Positions 36,581-48,099 of a stretch of DNA of 64,000 nucleotides are shown piece after piece. Every line of letters begins with the position of its first letter. Within the stretch, counting starts at the first letter, position 1. The position numbers were made by a program, and so were the translations under genes. Below the pieces are notes generated by a model, which made no database searches, had not been told where the DNA came from, and was given only the letters and a program-made list of their open reading frames with translations. Source of the stretch: Octopus sinensis (taxonomy: Eukaryota); NCBI RefSeq assembly GCF_006345805.1, contig NC_043010.1:33480001-33544000 (forward strand), given 5' to 3'.

Positions 36581-36809
36581 CATTTGACAGAATAATCTGA
36601 ATGTTAAATGGTTAATCTGAACCATACCAAATTCATTTTTGTTCTTCATCACTCCATTTAGTGTTCGGGGGAAATTGATAAATGTGTATATACCAGTAAT
36701 ATAATACCAGTGTTAATTTAATTGGTTGTCACCTTCTCCCCTTCACCTAAAATATTTCTTTGCCTCCTTGTACATAAGATAGAACTCATCACCATCTTCA
36801 CCGCCACCA

Positions 36810-36881
36810 GTACTACCATTATTATCATCATCATCATCATCATCATTATCATCATTATTATTATTATCATTATTATTATTA

Positions 36882-36920
<39 letters not shown>
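36810..36920. repeat. (ATC/ATT)n microsatellite
   Basis: Directly visible. Confidence 0.95.
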
Positions 36921-36923
<3 letters not shown>

Positions 36924-37339
36924 CACCTGATGAAGTAGTTAGAGTCAGAAAACAGTACCCCCATTCCACCACACATACCACTATGTACTGCGACTAATAA
37001 AGAATATGCACTGAGACTATAGATAGTCTCATTAAGTAGTTGCTAGTTGTTATTTTTTCCCCCTTCTCCCCTCCCGCTACCCCACTCCCCCTTTCCCCCC
37101 TACCCTTCCTACATCCTGAGTGCAATGTTTCAGAAAGTACCACCACCACCACCACCATTACTCCCTGCTGATGAAACCCTAATTATTATATAGACGCTCC
37201 TGCCTCCTGCTACAACCATTTCTGAATAACAGCATTAGTGTTGTTGTCGTTGTTGTTGCTGTTGTTGTTATTGTTATAGTAGTGCAGGTGCACAGACGGT
37301 GCACTTTGTTGAACAGACACTAGACGTTCATTTGTTTTG

Positions 37340-37850
37340 TCTGTATGCTTTATCTGTATCTTGATTTCTTTATACATTCATATGTCTGAATGTCTGTTCA
37401 ATTGTGTGCGTATGTGTATGTCTTATTTGATCATTTGTCAGTCTATTTGTTTTAATTTTTTTTTTATTTTGCATATATTAAGTCATTTGTGTACCTATCT
37501 GTTTGTCTATCTGTGCATTCATCTGTTTTTTTTCTCTCTCTCTGATCATTTGTATATCTGTTTAACCAGTTGTCTATTTCTCTAACTACTTGTCTAACCA
37601 TCTAACCATTTCTCTATCTATCTTACCATTATCTGATTATTTGTCTGTTTCTTTCATCACGTGTTTAACAATTTGTCTATCTGTCTAACCATTTGTTTCT
37701 TCTAACAGTTAACTTTTTATTTATCAGCCTATTTGTCCAGCTGTGTAACTATTTGTCAATCTATCTAATAATTTGTGCAACACTTTAACCATTTGTGTAT
37801 CTGTCTAGCTATTCAGCTATCAATCTAACAATTAGTCTATTTAGCCATGT
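37340..37850. repeat. Decayed TCTA/TCTG-type low-complexity tract
   Basis: Recurrent TGTCTA, ATCTA, AACCATTTGT. Confidence 0.6.
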
Positions 37851-37959
37851 ACCTCCTTTATAGCAAGGCACCTGTTTCTGTCTCTCTGTCATACTCTAAC
37901 CTCTCATTACCTGGCTCAAAACCACTTCCCTCAATACTAGTACCCATCCCTGTTCATTT

Positions 37960-38175
37960 TAGGAGTCTTTGTCTTGCAGCTTACTTGGCTACCTCACTGA
38001 TGTTGGTGCCATGTAAAAAGCACCCAGTACACTCTGTAAAATAGTTGGCAATGGGAAGGATACCTAGCTTTGAAACCATGCCAGAGAAGACAGTAGAGCT
38101 TGGCACAGTTCTCTGACTCATCAGCTCCTGTCGAACCATCCAACCCATGTCAGCATGGAAAACAGATGTGAAATG
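37960..38175 (+). mobile_element. Degenerate RTE 3' tail fragment
   Basis: GGTGCCATGTAAAAAGCACCCAGTACACTCTG...CAACCCATGTCAGCATGG. Confidence 0.7.
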
Positions 38176-38346
38176 GTGAATAGTGATTTGTTGTTCTGTC
38201 TAAACCAATGATTCTTAACTGGAGTCCATATGACCTTTGGGGTCCACATCACATTTTGTTTCTACAATACAAAAAATATTTTAACAATTCTTTTTATGTA
38301 ATTCCTAATAATATTTAATTATAAAAATATGATAGGATTTTTTTAA

Positions 38347-38570
38347 CCCTTTAGCATTCACATTATTTTGTCAAATATAATGCTTATTTATTCACATTGT
38401 TTTGAATTAATTACGCACTATTATTTTGTTACTTTGAGAGTTTGTATGAGGTGGACTGTTAATTTTCAATGTGATAATGTAGGATCGGTGTGAGAGGCCA
38501 GACCTGACCAGTTTCAGCAAAAAACAGGTAGAATATTTTGGCTGGGTGTGGCTGGTTTGAATTCTAATGG
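38347..38570. mobile_element. TTAA MITE nested in an hAT-like MITE (~38200-38670)
   Basis: TTAA|CCCTTTAGCATT...CTAATGG|TTAA. Confidence 0.65.
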
Positions 38571-38799
38571 TTAAACATTGAATAGCTATCGAGGTCCAGT
38601 TGAATAAAATAAAACTCAAAAGGGTTCACATGTAAAAAAAAAAGTGTTTGAGAAGCCTTCATCTAGATATTTTTTTATCAGTTCAATATTGTCCTTGTGT
38701 GCAACCAAGCCTGTTCTCTCTCCAATGTTTCTCTCCATTGATGCCATTTCTTACCATTTCATAACTATTTACAAGTAATCCCCTTGCCATATCACAGTT

Positions 38800-38919
38800 T
38801 ATTATTTAAGCTTACGTCGATTCCTCTGTGGTTTTGTTTTGCATTTGTAATAAAATATATGTATACAAATTATAAAAATAATTAAAAAAATATACAGTAC
38901 AGTACTGTTTCTACTTCAC
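38800..38919 (-). mobile_element. Dispersed DNA-element remnant, possibly pogo/Tigger-like
   Basis: Reverse complement of 53735-53860 (GAAGTAGAAACAG...GACGTAAGCTTAAATAA). Confidence 0.5.
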
Positions 38920-39300
38920 GGTGGCACGTAAAAAGCACCATTCAAGCGTGATGGTTACCAGCCTCACCTTACTGGCACTTGTGCTGGTGGCACGTGAAAA
39001 AACATTTAAGCGAGGAGGTCGTTGCCAGTGCCGCTGGACTGGTTCCGGTGCAGGTGGCACATAAAAAACACCATTTGAGAATGGCTGTTGCCAGTACCGC
39101 CTGACTGGCCCTTGTGCTTGTGGCACGTAAAAGCACCCACTACACTCTCGGAGTGGTTGGTGTTAGGAAGGGCATCCAGCTGTAGAAGCTCTGCCAGATC
39201 AGATTGGAGCCTGGTGCAGCCATCTGGTTCGCCAGTCCTCAGTCAAATCGTCCAACCCATGCTAGCATAGAAAGTAGACATTAAACAATGATGATGATGT
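38920..39300 (+). mobile_element. RTE 3' UTR with ~66-bp tandem units and tail
   Basis: GGTGGCACGTAAAAAGCACC-type cores at 38920, 38986, 39053, ~39118; ends GATGATGATG. Confidence 0.88.
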
Positions 39301-39634
39301 GGGGAGTTTTTGGAACGTAACACCTGCAATAGTTGAAAGATTACTGTAATAGAATTTGTAACACCTTCTGTCACATGGCACACTACAACACTATCATTAC
39401 CAATAAAAACATCTACTCCATTTGCATAACTAACACCTTCTTGTCCACTACTAACATAATTAATTTCCCATTAAGAAGAACAACACCTTCACCAATCAAG
39501 CCAACAAGGTGTCCTCCACATGATTGCTGAATCTGGTAGAAATAGCAGCAACATCACCTTTAAGGTGTACTTAACTGCCATAAGGAATTTACATTAATAA
39601 GATGGTTCTAGATTAAATAGTGACATCTCTTTTA

Positions 39635-40005
39635 CTCTTTTACTTGTTTCAGGCATTTGACTGCAGCCATGCTGGAGCACTGCCTTTAGTTGAGCAAATC
39701 GACCCTGGGACTTATTCTTTGGAAGCCTAGTACTTATTCTATTGGTCTCTTTTGCCAAACTGCTAAGTTACGGGGTATGTAAACACATCACCATCGGTTG
39801 TCAAGCAATGTTGGGGGCACAAACACAGACACACAAACATATACACATACATACATACATTCCGTCTACCAAATCCACTCACAAGGCTTTGGTCGGCCCG
39901 AGGCTATAGTAGAAGACACTTGCCCAAGGTGCCACGCAGTGGGAATGAACCCAGAACCATGTGGCTGGCAAGCAAGCTACTTACCACACAGCCACTCCTG
40001 CACCT
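39635..40005 (-). mobile_element. SINE family A
   Basis: Head to tail on minus. Confidence 0.85.
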
Positions 40006-40104
40006 ATAAAATTTCTGATCATCTGTAAAATTTCTAATCATAAGTTTTTTTGATCAGCAATGTAGTCATGAAAAAAAAAAAAAGAAAGAATTTATTACAT
40101 TCAG

Positions 40105-40330
40105 AGGAGATGCAGTGCCCATAGCCTTTGCAGGACCTCCAAGACTAGTGATATTGATACTGTTAATGTTGTCCTTGAACCATTGCAAATCAAAATTTAC
40201 TTGAAGGGCATGAAAAGAACAAGAGTTCCAGAGGATTGGGATTCTAGGAAAGAAAGACTAGGTGTTGGGGTTAGTGCAAGGTTGGGGGAGGTCTGACACA
40301 ACAAAGGTGATGTAAGGAAGAGTGATGGGT
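40105..40330 (-). pseudogene. CR1/L2-like LINE ORF2 C-terminal remnant
   Basis: Minus frame IPILWNSCSFHALQVNFDLQWFKDNINSI resembles the LWNSLP...DLQ.FK..IN end of CR1/L2-type RTs. Confidence 0.55.
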
Positions 40331-41084
40331 GGATCAGAAACACTACAGTGATTTGTGTACACGTGTGTGTTTCTATTACAGGAAACCTGGTGTATGTGTG
40401 TCTTTATTGACATAAATGTGCATGTAGATATTTCTTTATATACAGGTATGTGTATATATGTGTATATGTGTGTGTGTGTATATGTATATGTGTACATACA
40501 CATACTCAACATGGATGAAGAAGGCTACAATAAATACCACACTACACAAATTTTCAATTTATTAAAAATTTCTTTTACTTCAAGTGAGAAAGTAAACAAG
40601 CATTTAGTGCCAATTGTTATTGACTCTGGACAAGAAGGGGAAATAATCTTAAGAATCATAAATACTTCAGTATTGACACAGCTATTAAGGAAAAGACAAT
40701 TTGTTTGTCTTTTTCTGAAGATAAGAGGACAGCTGTGGGCATGTGTTTCTCCCTCAGTAGGCATCATTAGCACAAGAAGCAATTGTCCTATCTTGACTCA
40801 TAGCTTATTTTAGTTGATCTAGAGGCCTGTTACTCTGGAATTTCTGTTACTGCTTCTTCAGACAGGAGTATATGTATTCTAAACTACATTTGAGGATAAA
40901 TGCAAAATACATTAAGAAGTACAAATATTAATATTCAAATAATAAAATCAATATTTGTACTCCTAGGTGCAATTTAGCCTGTATATTAGATTACATTATT
41001 TTAGCTCTACTTTTCTATATTTAGCAAAATATATACCTAAAAATGTACCAAAAGATATATTGGAATATAATCTTTGAGTGTCTT

Positions 41085-41395
41085 TTATTTATTTTAGTCA
41101 TTGGATTGCAGCCATGCTGGAGCAGGCACAACTTTAAAAGGTTTTAGTTGAATAAATTGATCCAGTGTTTATGTTGTAAAGTCTGGTACTTATTCTATCT
41201 AGCTCTTTTGATAAACTGCTAAATTTGTGTGTGTGTGTCCCCACACATTTTCCATCTGCCAAATTAACTGAAAGGCATTGGCTGGCCCAGGGCCATAGTA
41301 AAAACCACTTTCCCAAGATGTCATGCAGTGGGATTGAACCCGAAACTATGTGGCTGCAAAACAAGCTTCTTAACTACACAGCCATACCCATGCAC
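41085..41395 (-). mobile_element. SINE family A, degenerate
   Basis: Tail and head motifs. Confidence 0.75.
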
Positions 41396-41479
41396 ACACA
41401 CACATACATAAATATTATATTTAGACAGATAAATATATACAGACTTTGCCTTTGGTTTTCATCTTTTCAGAATTGATAA

Positions 41480-42360
41480 AATTAGCACCTGTTGAACACT
41501 GGGGTCAATGTAATTAACTAGTCCCTTTCCCCATAATTTCAGACCTTGCACCTAACGTAGAAAGGATAATAATAATAATCCTCTCTAAAATAGGCACAAT
41601 GCCTGAAATTTTAGGGGAGGAGGCTAGTTGATTACATCAATCCCAGTACTTATTTTATTGACCCCACAAAAGGATGAAAGGCAAAGTCAACCCCAGCAGA
41701 ATTTGAACTCAGAACATAAAAATGGATGAGATGCCATTAAGTATTTCATCCAGCATGATAATGATTCTGCCAGCTTGCTGCCTTATAGAAATAATTATAA
41801 TAATGATAATCTTTTCTACTATAGGCACAAGGTGTGGAATTTGTGGGGAGAGGGATTGTCAGTTACATCGACCCCAGTACTTGACTGGCTCTTAATTTAT
41901 CGATCCTGAAAAGATGAAAGGCAAAGTTGACCTCAGCGGAATTTGAATAATAATAGTAGTAGTAGTAGTAGTAGTAATAATAATAATAATAATAATAATG
42001 ATGATGATGATAATCATTATTATCAAAGCAGTGAGCTGGCAGAATTGTTAGCACACCGGACAAAATGCTTAGTGATATTTCACCTGTCACTACGTTCTTA
42101 GTTCAAATTCTGCCGAGATCAACTTTACTTTTCATCTTTTCGGGGTCGATAAAATAAGTACCAGTTGAACACTGGGGTCAATGTAATCAACTCATCCTCT
42201 CCCCCAAAACTGCTGCCCTTGTGGCAAAATTTGAGGGTAGCAAACTGGTAGAATCGTTAGCACGCCGAGCGAAATACTTAGTGGTATTTCGTCTGTCATT
42301 ATATTCTGAGTTCAGATTCTGCAAAGGTTGACTTTGCCTTTCATCCTTTCGGGGTCCAAA
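41480..42360. mobile_element. Cluster of five SINE family B copies/fragments in both orientations
   Basis: Minus at ~41600-41785 and ~41820-41948, plus at ~41480-41560, ~42028-42230, ~42238-42360; central TAA/TAG/TGA microsatellite. Confidence 0.8.
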
Positions 42361-42589
42361 GTGGATGAACTCAAATGCTTCCACTATTCCATAACATTTT
42401 GTTTTATTTTTTACCCATTGAAATGTAGCGTACAATGATAAGGTAAAGTAAGTGTACAGTTTCTTAAAATGAGTGGAATGTTCTTTTTTAGGATAAGAAT
42501 TCTATGATTTTATGTCCTCTAAGGTGTTAAAGAACATGGAATATTTATGCACTCTTAAAGTGAACTCTCAACTCTTAAGCACAGATCTT

Positions 42590-42912
42590 TGTTGTAAAAG
42601 GAGCACTCCGTTAGTTATATGTCCCAGCTGATATGATAAACCGAACAGCTTGCTCGTGAAATTAACATGCAAGTGTCTGAGCACTCCACAGACATGCGTA
42701 TCCTTAATGTAGTTCTCAGGGAGATTCAGCGTGACACAGAGTGTGACAAGGCTGGCCCTTTAGAATACAGGTACTACTCATATTTGCCAGCTGGGTGGAC
42801 TGGAACAACACAAAATAAAGTGTCTTGCTCAAGGACACCGCGTCGCCAGGAATCGAACTCACAACCTTATGATCGTGAGCTGAATGCCCTAACCATTAAG
42901 CCATGTGCCTTC
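42590..42912 (-). mobile_element. SINE family C, full length, CpG-retaining
   Basis: Head GAAGGCACATGGCTTAATGGTTAGGG on minus; tail ends GGAGTGCTCC. Confidence 0.85.
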
Positions 42913-43023
42913 AAAGATCTTTGTTGTACACAACAACTGTATACCTACTTTTGCCCACCCCTGTACACTGTTGTTACCAGCATTTCTGCTTTGTTATGCT
43001 GGCATGAAATAGATGAAACTTAC

Positions 43024-43066
43024 TGATGCAGATTTTCTGCAATCATGCTTTTCCTGTGGTCAGCAC
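43024..43066 (-). other. Candidate 43-nt exon
   Basis: Donor CA|GTAAGT strong, acceptor AAATAG weak; only open frame ADHRKSMIAENLH. Confidence 0.2.
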
Positions 43067-43343
43067 CTATTTGTATTTGTATTTCAAATAAAAGACATTT
43101 CATTCAACCATTACATTCCTCACAATGTCCCCATCTCTTATTCAGATGATACTAATAAACACACAAAATCAGCATTCACACACATGCACATACAACCATG
43201 CATATACATATATACAAATTATGTGGATAATTTTACCTATAAAGGTTATTTTAATGTACCAATCTACTTGGTAAAATTGTTAATTAATTGATTGATTCAT
43301 TAATTAATTTATTTAATTAATAAATTTTACCCTTCTATTATTA

Positions 43344-43384
<41 letters not shown>

Positions 43385-43447
43385 GGAGTAAGCACATAAA
43401 TGTGAAACAAGGTGGGAAAAAGAGTACTCAAATACCAGAGGTAGAGT

Positions 43448-43601
43448 AATATGCTTTATTTAAAAGCAGCAGAAATACAACAAAAGCTGTTACTAGAGTT
43501 TCACGTTCTCATTCGTCGGACAGTTTTGTTAACAAACAAGAACTTAAAATTCTGAGTAACAGCTTTGGTTATATTTCTGCTGCTTTTAAATAAAGTATAT
43601 T
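43448..43601. repeat. Inverted repeat, 47-bp arms, 60-nt spacer
   Basis: 43448-43494 vs 43555-43601, ~3 mismatches. Confidence 0.85.
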
Positions 43602-43741
43602 TATACACACACACACACACCACGACCATCACCAACCAGGCTATCAGATGTTGCTACACCTCGCTGGTCACAATGCGCTTCGCATTGTTTTAGCCTTCAA
43701 ATGACGCCACCCCGCTGGCTAAGCGAGCAGGCCAATATATA

Positions 43742-43848
43742 TACCCCAATGCTGCATCATGTTCCTATGAATTTTTTTGCATATATATATATATATATAT
43801 ATATATCAAATGAAAAAATTCATAGGAACATGATGCAGCATTGGGGTA
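43742..43848. repeat. Perfect 36-bp inverted repeat around a (TA)n spacer
   Basis: TACCCCAATGCTGCATCATGTTCCTATGAATTTTTT (43742-43777) / AAAAAATTCATAGGAACATGATGCAGCATTGGGGTA (43813-43848). Confidence 0.95.
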
Positions 43849-44189
43849 ACTAGACTTGGAAAGTAAACTTATAGGTGTTTTTTTAATTTTTTTTATAGTA
43901 AACACATATTGTAGAAAAGTAGATTTAGCCTATGAAAAGTGAACTCTGTGATAAAACCACTCTGCACAGGAAAGAAAAAAAATAAAGAGATCAAACAAGT
44001 CTCAGTTTTCATTAATTTAGTTCTGAGTGAGTGTGTATTTACTGTAAATAACTGTATGCTGCTATTCTTTCTGGTTATACAAAATAAAAACAAAAAGCAA
44101 AAAAAAAAACATGGGTTGACTATAGTATTTACCTTTTCACAGTGAGGCTAGAAGTGTGTTTACTAAACAACACATACATTTACAGTCCT

Positions 44190-44230
<41 letters not shown>

Positions 44231-44254
44231 GTTTTGCATTTTAGTCTTTGAATC

Positions 44255-44640
44255 TTATCTTTTACTTGTTTCAGACTGTGGTCATGCTGGGGCACCACCT
44301 TGAAAAATTATAGTTGAAAGAATCAACCCCATTATTATTTTATTTTTTAAGCCTGACACTTATTCTATTGGTCTTTTTCACTGAACTGCTAAGTTACAGG
44401 GGACTTAAACACACCTTCATCAATTGTCAAGCAGTGGTGAGGGACAAACACAGACATAAAGACATATGCCTATATATATGCGATAGGCTTCTTTCAGTTT
44501 CCATGTACCAAATCCACTCACAAGGCTTTGGTCGACCAAAGACTACATATAGTAGAATACACTTGCCCACGGTGTCACGTAGTGGGACTGAACCTAGAAC
44601 TATGTTATTTGAGAACAAACTTACTGCCACACCTGCACCT
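44255..44640 (-). mobile_element. SINE family A
   Basis: Head to tail on minus. Confidence 0.85.
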
Positions 44641-44842
44641 AATATAGACATACTCTACAAAATATTTTGCCTACTTTGTTGGGACCCTAATTATTTATAT
44701 TACTTCTCTGACAAAACAAATTAATATTACTTGCACAAAAACAAAAAGAAGAAAAATCAAGGATCATTATAACTGGTGTATCTCTTTGCTTTGTTTATAT
44801 CATTTCCCAACGCTATTAACATCCTTTCATAGTTTATAAAAA

Positions 44843-45006
44843 GGCGTAGGAGTGGCTGTGTGGTAAGTAGTTTGCTTACGAACCACATGGCTCCAGGTTC
44901 AGTCCCACTGTGTGGCACCTTGGGCAAGTGTCTTCTACTATAGCCTCTGGCTGACCAAAGCCTTGTGAGTGGATTTGGTAGACAGAAACTGAAAGGAGCC
45001 CGTCGT

Positions 45007-45038
<32 letters not shown>

Positions 45039-45215
45039 ATATGTTTGTCCCCCCAACATCGCTTGACAACTGATGCGGGTGTGTTTACGTCCCCGTACTT
45101 CAGCAGTTCGGCAAAAGAGACCGATAGAATAAGTACTAGGCTTACAAAGAATAAGTCCTGAGGTCGATTTGCTTGACTAAAGGCAGTGCTCCGGCATGGC
45201 CACAGTCAAGCAAGA
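44843..45215 (+). mobile_element. SINE family A, full length
   Basis: GGCGTAGGAGTGGCTGTGTGG head to tail. Confidence 0.88.
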
Positions 45216-45317
45216 GAAAGAGTAGTGAAATGTGAATGGGAAATGAAAAATTTACCGAAATATATTTTTATGTATGAAGTTGTATCGTCAATGATTTCAG
45301 ATTTGATTAATCTTCAT

Positions 45318-45715
45318 ATAGGTGCAGGCATGGCTGCATGGTAAGAAGCTTGCTTCTCAACCACATGGGTCTGGGTTCAGTCTCACTACATGGCACCTTG
45401 GGTAAGTGTCTTCTACTGTAGCCTCAGGCTGATCAAAGCCTTGTGAGTGGATTTGGTAGACGGAAACTGAAAGAAGCTCATTGTGTATATATGTTTATAT
45501 ATTTATGTGTGTGTGTTTGTTCCCCCCCCCCCCATCACTTGACAACCAATGTTGGTGTGTTTATGTCCCTGAAACTTAGCTGTTTTGCAAAAGAGACCGA
45601 TAGAATAAGTACTGGGCTTACAAAGAATAAATCCTGAGGTCAATTTGTTTGACTGAAGGCGGTGCTCCAGCATGGCTGCAGACAAATGACTGAAACAAGT
45701 AAAAGAATAAAAGAA
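45318..45715 (+). mobile_element. SINE family A, full length
   Basis: Head to AAAAGAATAAAAGAAT tail. Confidence 0.88.
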
Positions 45716-46559
45716 TGTTTAAATTATTATGGTGGCTATTTGCAGTTTACAGCTAAAGTGCAATAAGTACAGTTGTGACTAAAGTGACAGAGGGTGCTAG
45801 TCAGTACCAGCATTGCTAGAAATAAGAGTCAAAACAACTCTTAGCCACATGAGAGCACTTTTCTAACTGATAAAGGAGACAACAACTCCCTGTGGCAAGT
45901 AAGATGGAGTCATATCATCAATGATTTCAGATTTGATTAATCTTCATCAGTAAGTCATTATTCCTTTGCTAAGGATTAAAAACATAACTCACTTTGTCAG
46001 TCTTATAGAGAACACCTTAAAACTTATAAAATAGTAAAATGTGAAAATACTTTGATTTACTCTCCTGGCTATCCATGTATAATATTTCCTTCATGTCTTA
46101 AAAGTTGTAATCGCTAATTATACTTTACAGTTATTATCATAACTGCAAAAATCAACATAAGTTAAACTGGTGGGTAGAAGTGACAAAGAAGTGGAATCTA
46201 AGTTTTCTAGATGGAGGCAGAAAAAGAGAGAGGAGTGAATGACTACTGTAAAAGGGAGGATAATGGATTTTGAGCTAAGATAATGTTCAAAATGAACGCT
46301 GGAAGTAACATTTTATTGCAACATTACTGTTGGAATTTCTGTGATTTCAGATTGATCCAAAAGGTCGATTTAAAGTTCTGGTTGCATACATATACAGATA
46401 TATTGTTCTTACTTGTCATCAAAGATGCACATATCGTTAGCCACTAAGGAACATGCTCAGCTAGTTAAAAGGTTGATGAAATAATTATCAGTTATGCACT
46501 GCGGTCAATGTAATTAACTAGCTCCAGCCCCCAAATTTCAGGACTTTTAGTAGAAAGGA

Positions 46560-46790
46560 TTATTATTATTATTATTATGACAATGAGCTAGTAGAATCGT
46601 TAGCACACTGGGCAAAATGCTTAGCAGCATTTCAACCGTCTTTACGTTCTGAGTTTAAATTCCTCTGAGGTCAACTTTTCCTTTCATTGTCAATAAAATA
46701 AGTACCAGTTGCGTACTGGGGCCGATGTAATTGACTTAATCCCTTCCCCCAAATTTGAGACCTTGTGCTTCCACTAGAAAGGATTATTAT
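46560..46790 (+). mobile_element. SINE family B with (TTA)n tail
   Basis: GAGCTAGTAGAATCGTTAGCAC...AGAAAGGATTATTATT. Confidence 0.8.
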
Positions 46791-47439
46791 TATTATTATT
46801 ATTATAAACAGATATAATTTGTTTTTAGTCATTTTGCTGCAGCATTTTGTTGTTCAACTCCAGATCTGTTCTAATTAAGCTGGCCAATCAGGAATCAAAG
46901 ACATTTAGTTGTAACCATCACGTCCTTTTTTGTTTTGTTTTGTTTTTCTTGATTGTGCATCTTAAGACCACATTCCTTATGCAATGTGTATTTTACTCCT
47001 TTCAGGCAGTAGGATGTGATTTAAGGTCGATTTGTGATGCTATTTCTAGCTGGTGGAGAGATCAAGTAGAGGCTCTGTCATATATTGTGAAAAGGCGTTT
47101 GTATTTCATGTCATTTGTTTAGATGTCTTTTTTATTGTCTTTTTTTATGTTCCTCTTTGTTGCTCTTGAGCTCCAGGTCAGGTCTCAGCTTTTACCACCA
47201 TCCTCACTTTTTAGACATCTAGAACTACATCATTCAGTGTATCCTTTTCTTTTCTTTTTTTTTTTTCGAACAAAAGAGTGTAGTAATCAAACCTTCCTTA
47301 AAGATTTGACTGTTATTTCTAGGAGGTCGTGTAACCATGTTTAGGCTTCTTCAAAAGTCTTTCCTTCTATTGAGATCTGATTTTGTGGATTGAGAAAGAG
47401 AAGAGGTTTTTCTTGTATCTGGCTGTTTATGTTCTGGAA

Positions 47440-48040
47440 TATGTATTGTGCGAGTTGTATGATAGTTTTTGGGGAGGTAATTGTATGTAGAATATGCTGT
47501 GTTATAGTATTTATTAGGAAGTAATTGTGTAAAGTACGTTATATGAGTTGTATTATAGCTATGAAGAAATAATCTTGTAGATTCTGTATTGTGTTGGGAG
47601 GTGATAGTGTAGAATATTTATTGTATAGCATGTTTTATGCTTTGTTATGTTTCGGATGTGTAGAATGAATGTTGAATTTTTGCCACAGTATCAGAAGGCA
47701 GTTGTGTGTGTATATATATGTGTGTGTGTGTGTGGTAGGTACTGTGTGTTTTTGTGTAATATAATATTTAGAGAGCGGTGATTGCATAGAATGTGTGCTG
47801 CCTGCGAGAGTTGCATTATAGTATCAGGACGTGCTTCTGTAGAATATGTGATATGAGCTGTGTTATATAGTATCGGTGGTAGTGGTGATGGTGATGAAGC
47901 GATTATATAGAATTATTTGAGTAGAGATGTTCGAGTTGTGTTGATACTATCTATCAGGAGCTGATTGTATAGAAAATGTCTGTTGTGTGATTTATGTTTA
48001 TAGTATCGGAAGGTGATAGTGTAGAATGTGCTGTAGTTTT
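47440..48040. repeat. Degenerate tandem repeat, ~50-65 nt period
   Basis: Recurring TATAGTATC(G/A)G...TGAT(T/A)GT(G/A)TAGAAT...GAGTTGTG; related unit at ~59260-59380. Confidence 0.65.
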
Positions 48041-48099
48041 GAATTTAAATTATCCTCGGTTGAATTGTTTACGTAGTAAACCTATTTATAGATTTATGT

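Noticed and set aside
38920-39140. CRISPR-like look (conserved ~20-nt cores with spacers)
   Set aside because: Spacers are homologous to each other, the array lies in an RTE LINE 3' UTR, the genome is eukaryotic and there are no cas genes.
40112-40290. Protein-like plus-strand frame (SDIDTVNVVLEPLQIKIYLKG...) and a strong minus acceptor with CTAAC
   Set aside because: Better explained as a minus-strand CR1/L2-like LINE C-terminal remnant.
40355-40813. 152-aa ORF
   Set aside because: First third is microsatellite; remainder has no recognisable motif or splice context, and its length is compatible with chance.
44843-44920. tRNA genes at SINE heads
   Set aside because: A/B-box-like heads run directly into SINE cores and lack a clean cloverleaf; treated as tRNA-derived SINEs.
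46413-46443. 31-nt minus-strand exon with good AG/GTAAGA sites
   Set aside because: Appears to lie in the 5' part of a repeat that runs into a SINE B tail; likely a pseudo-exon.
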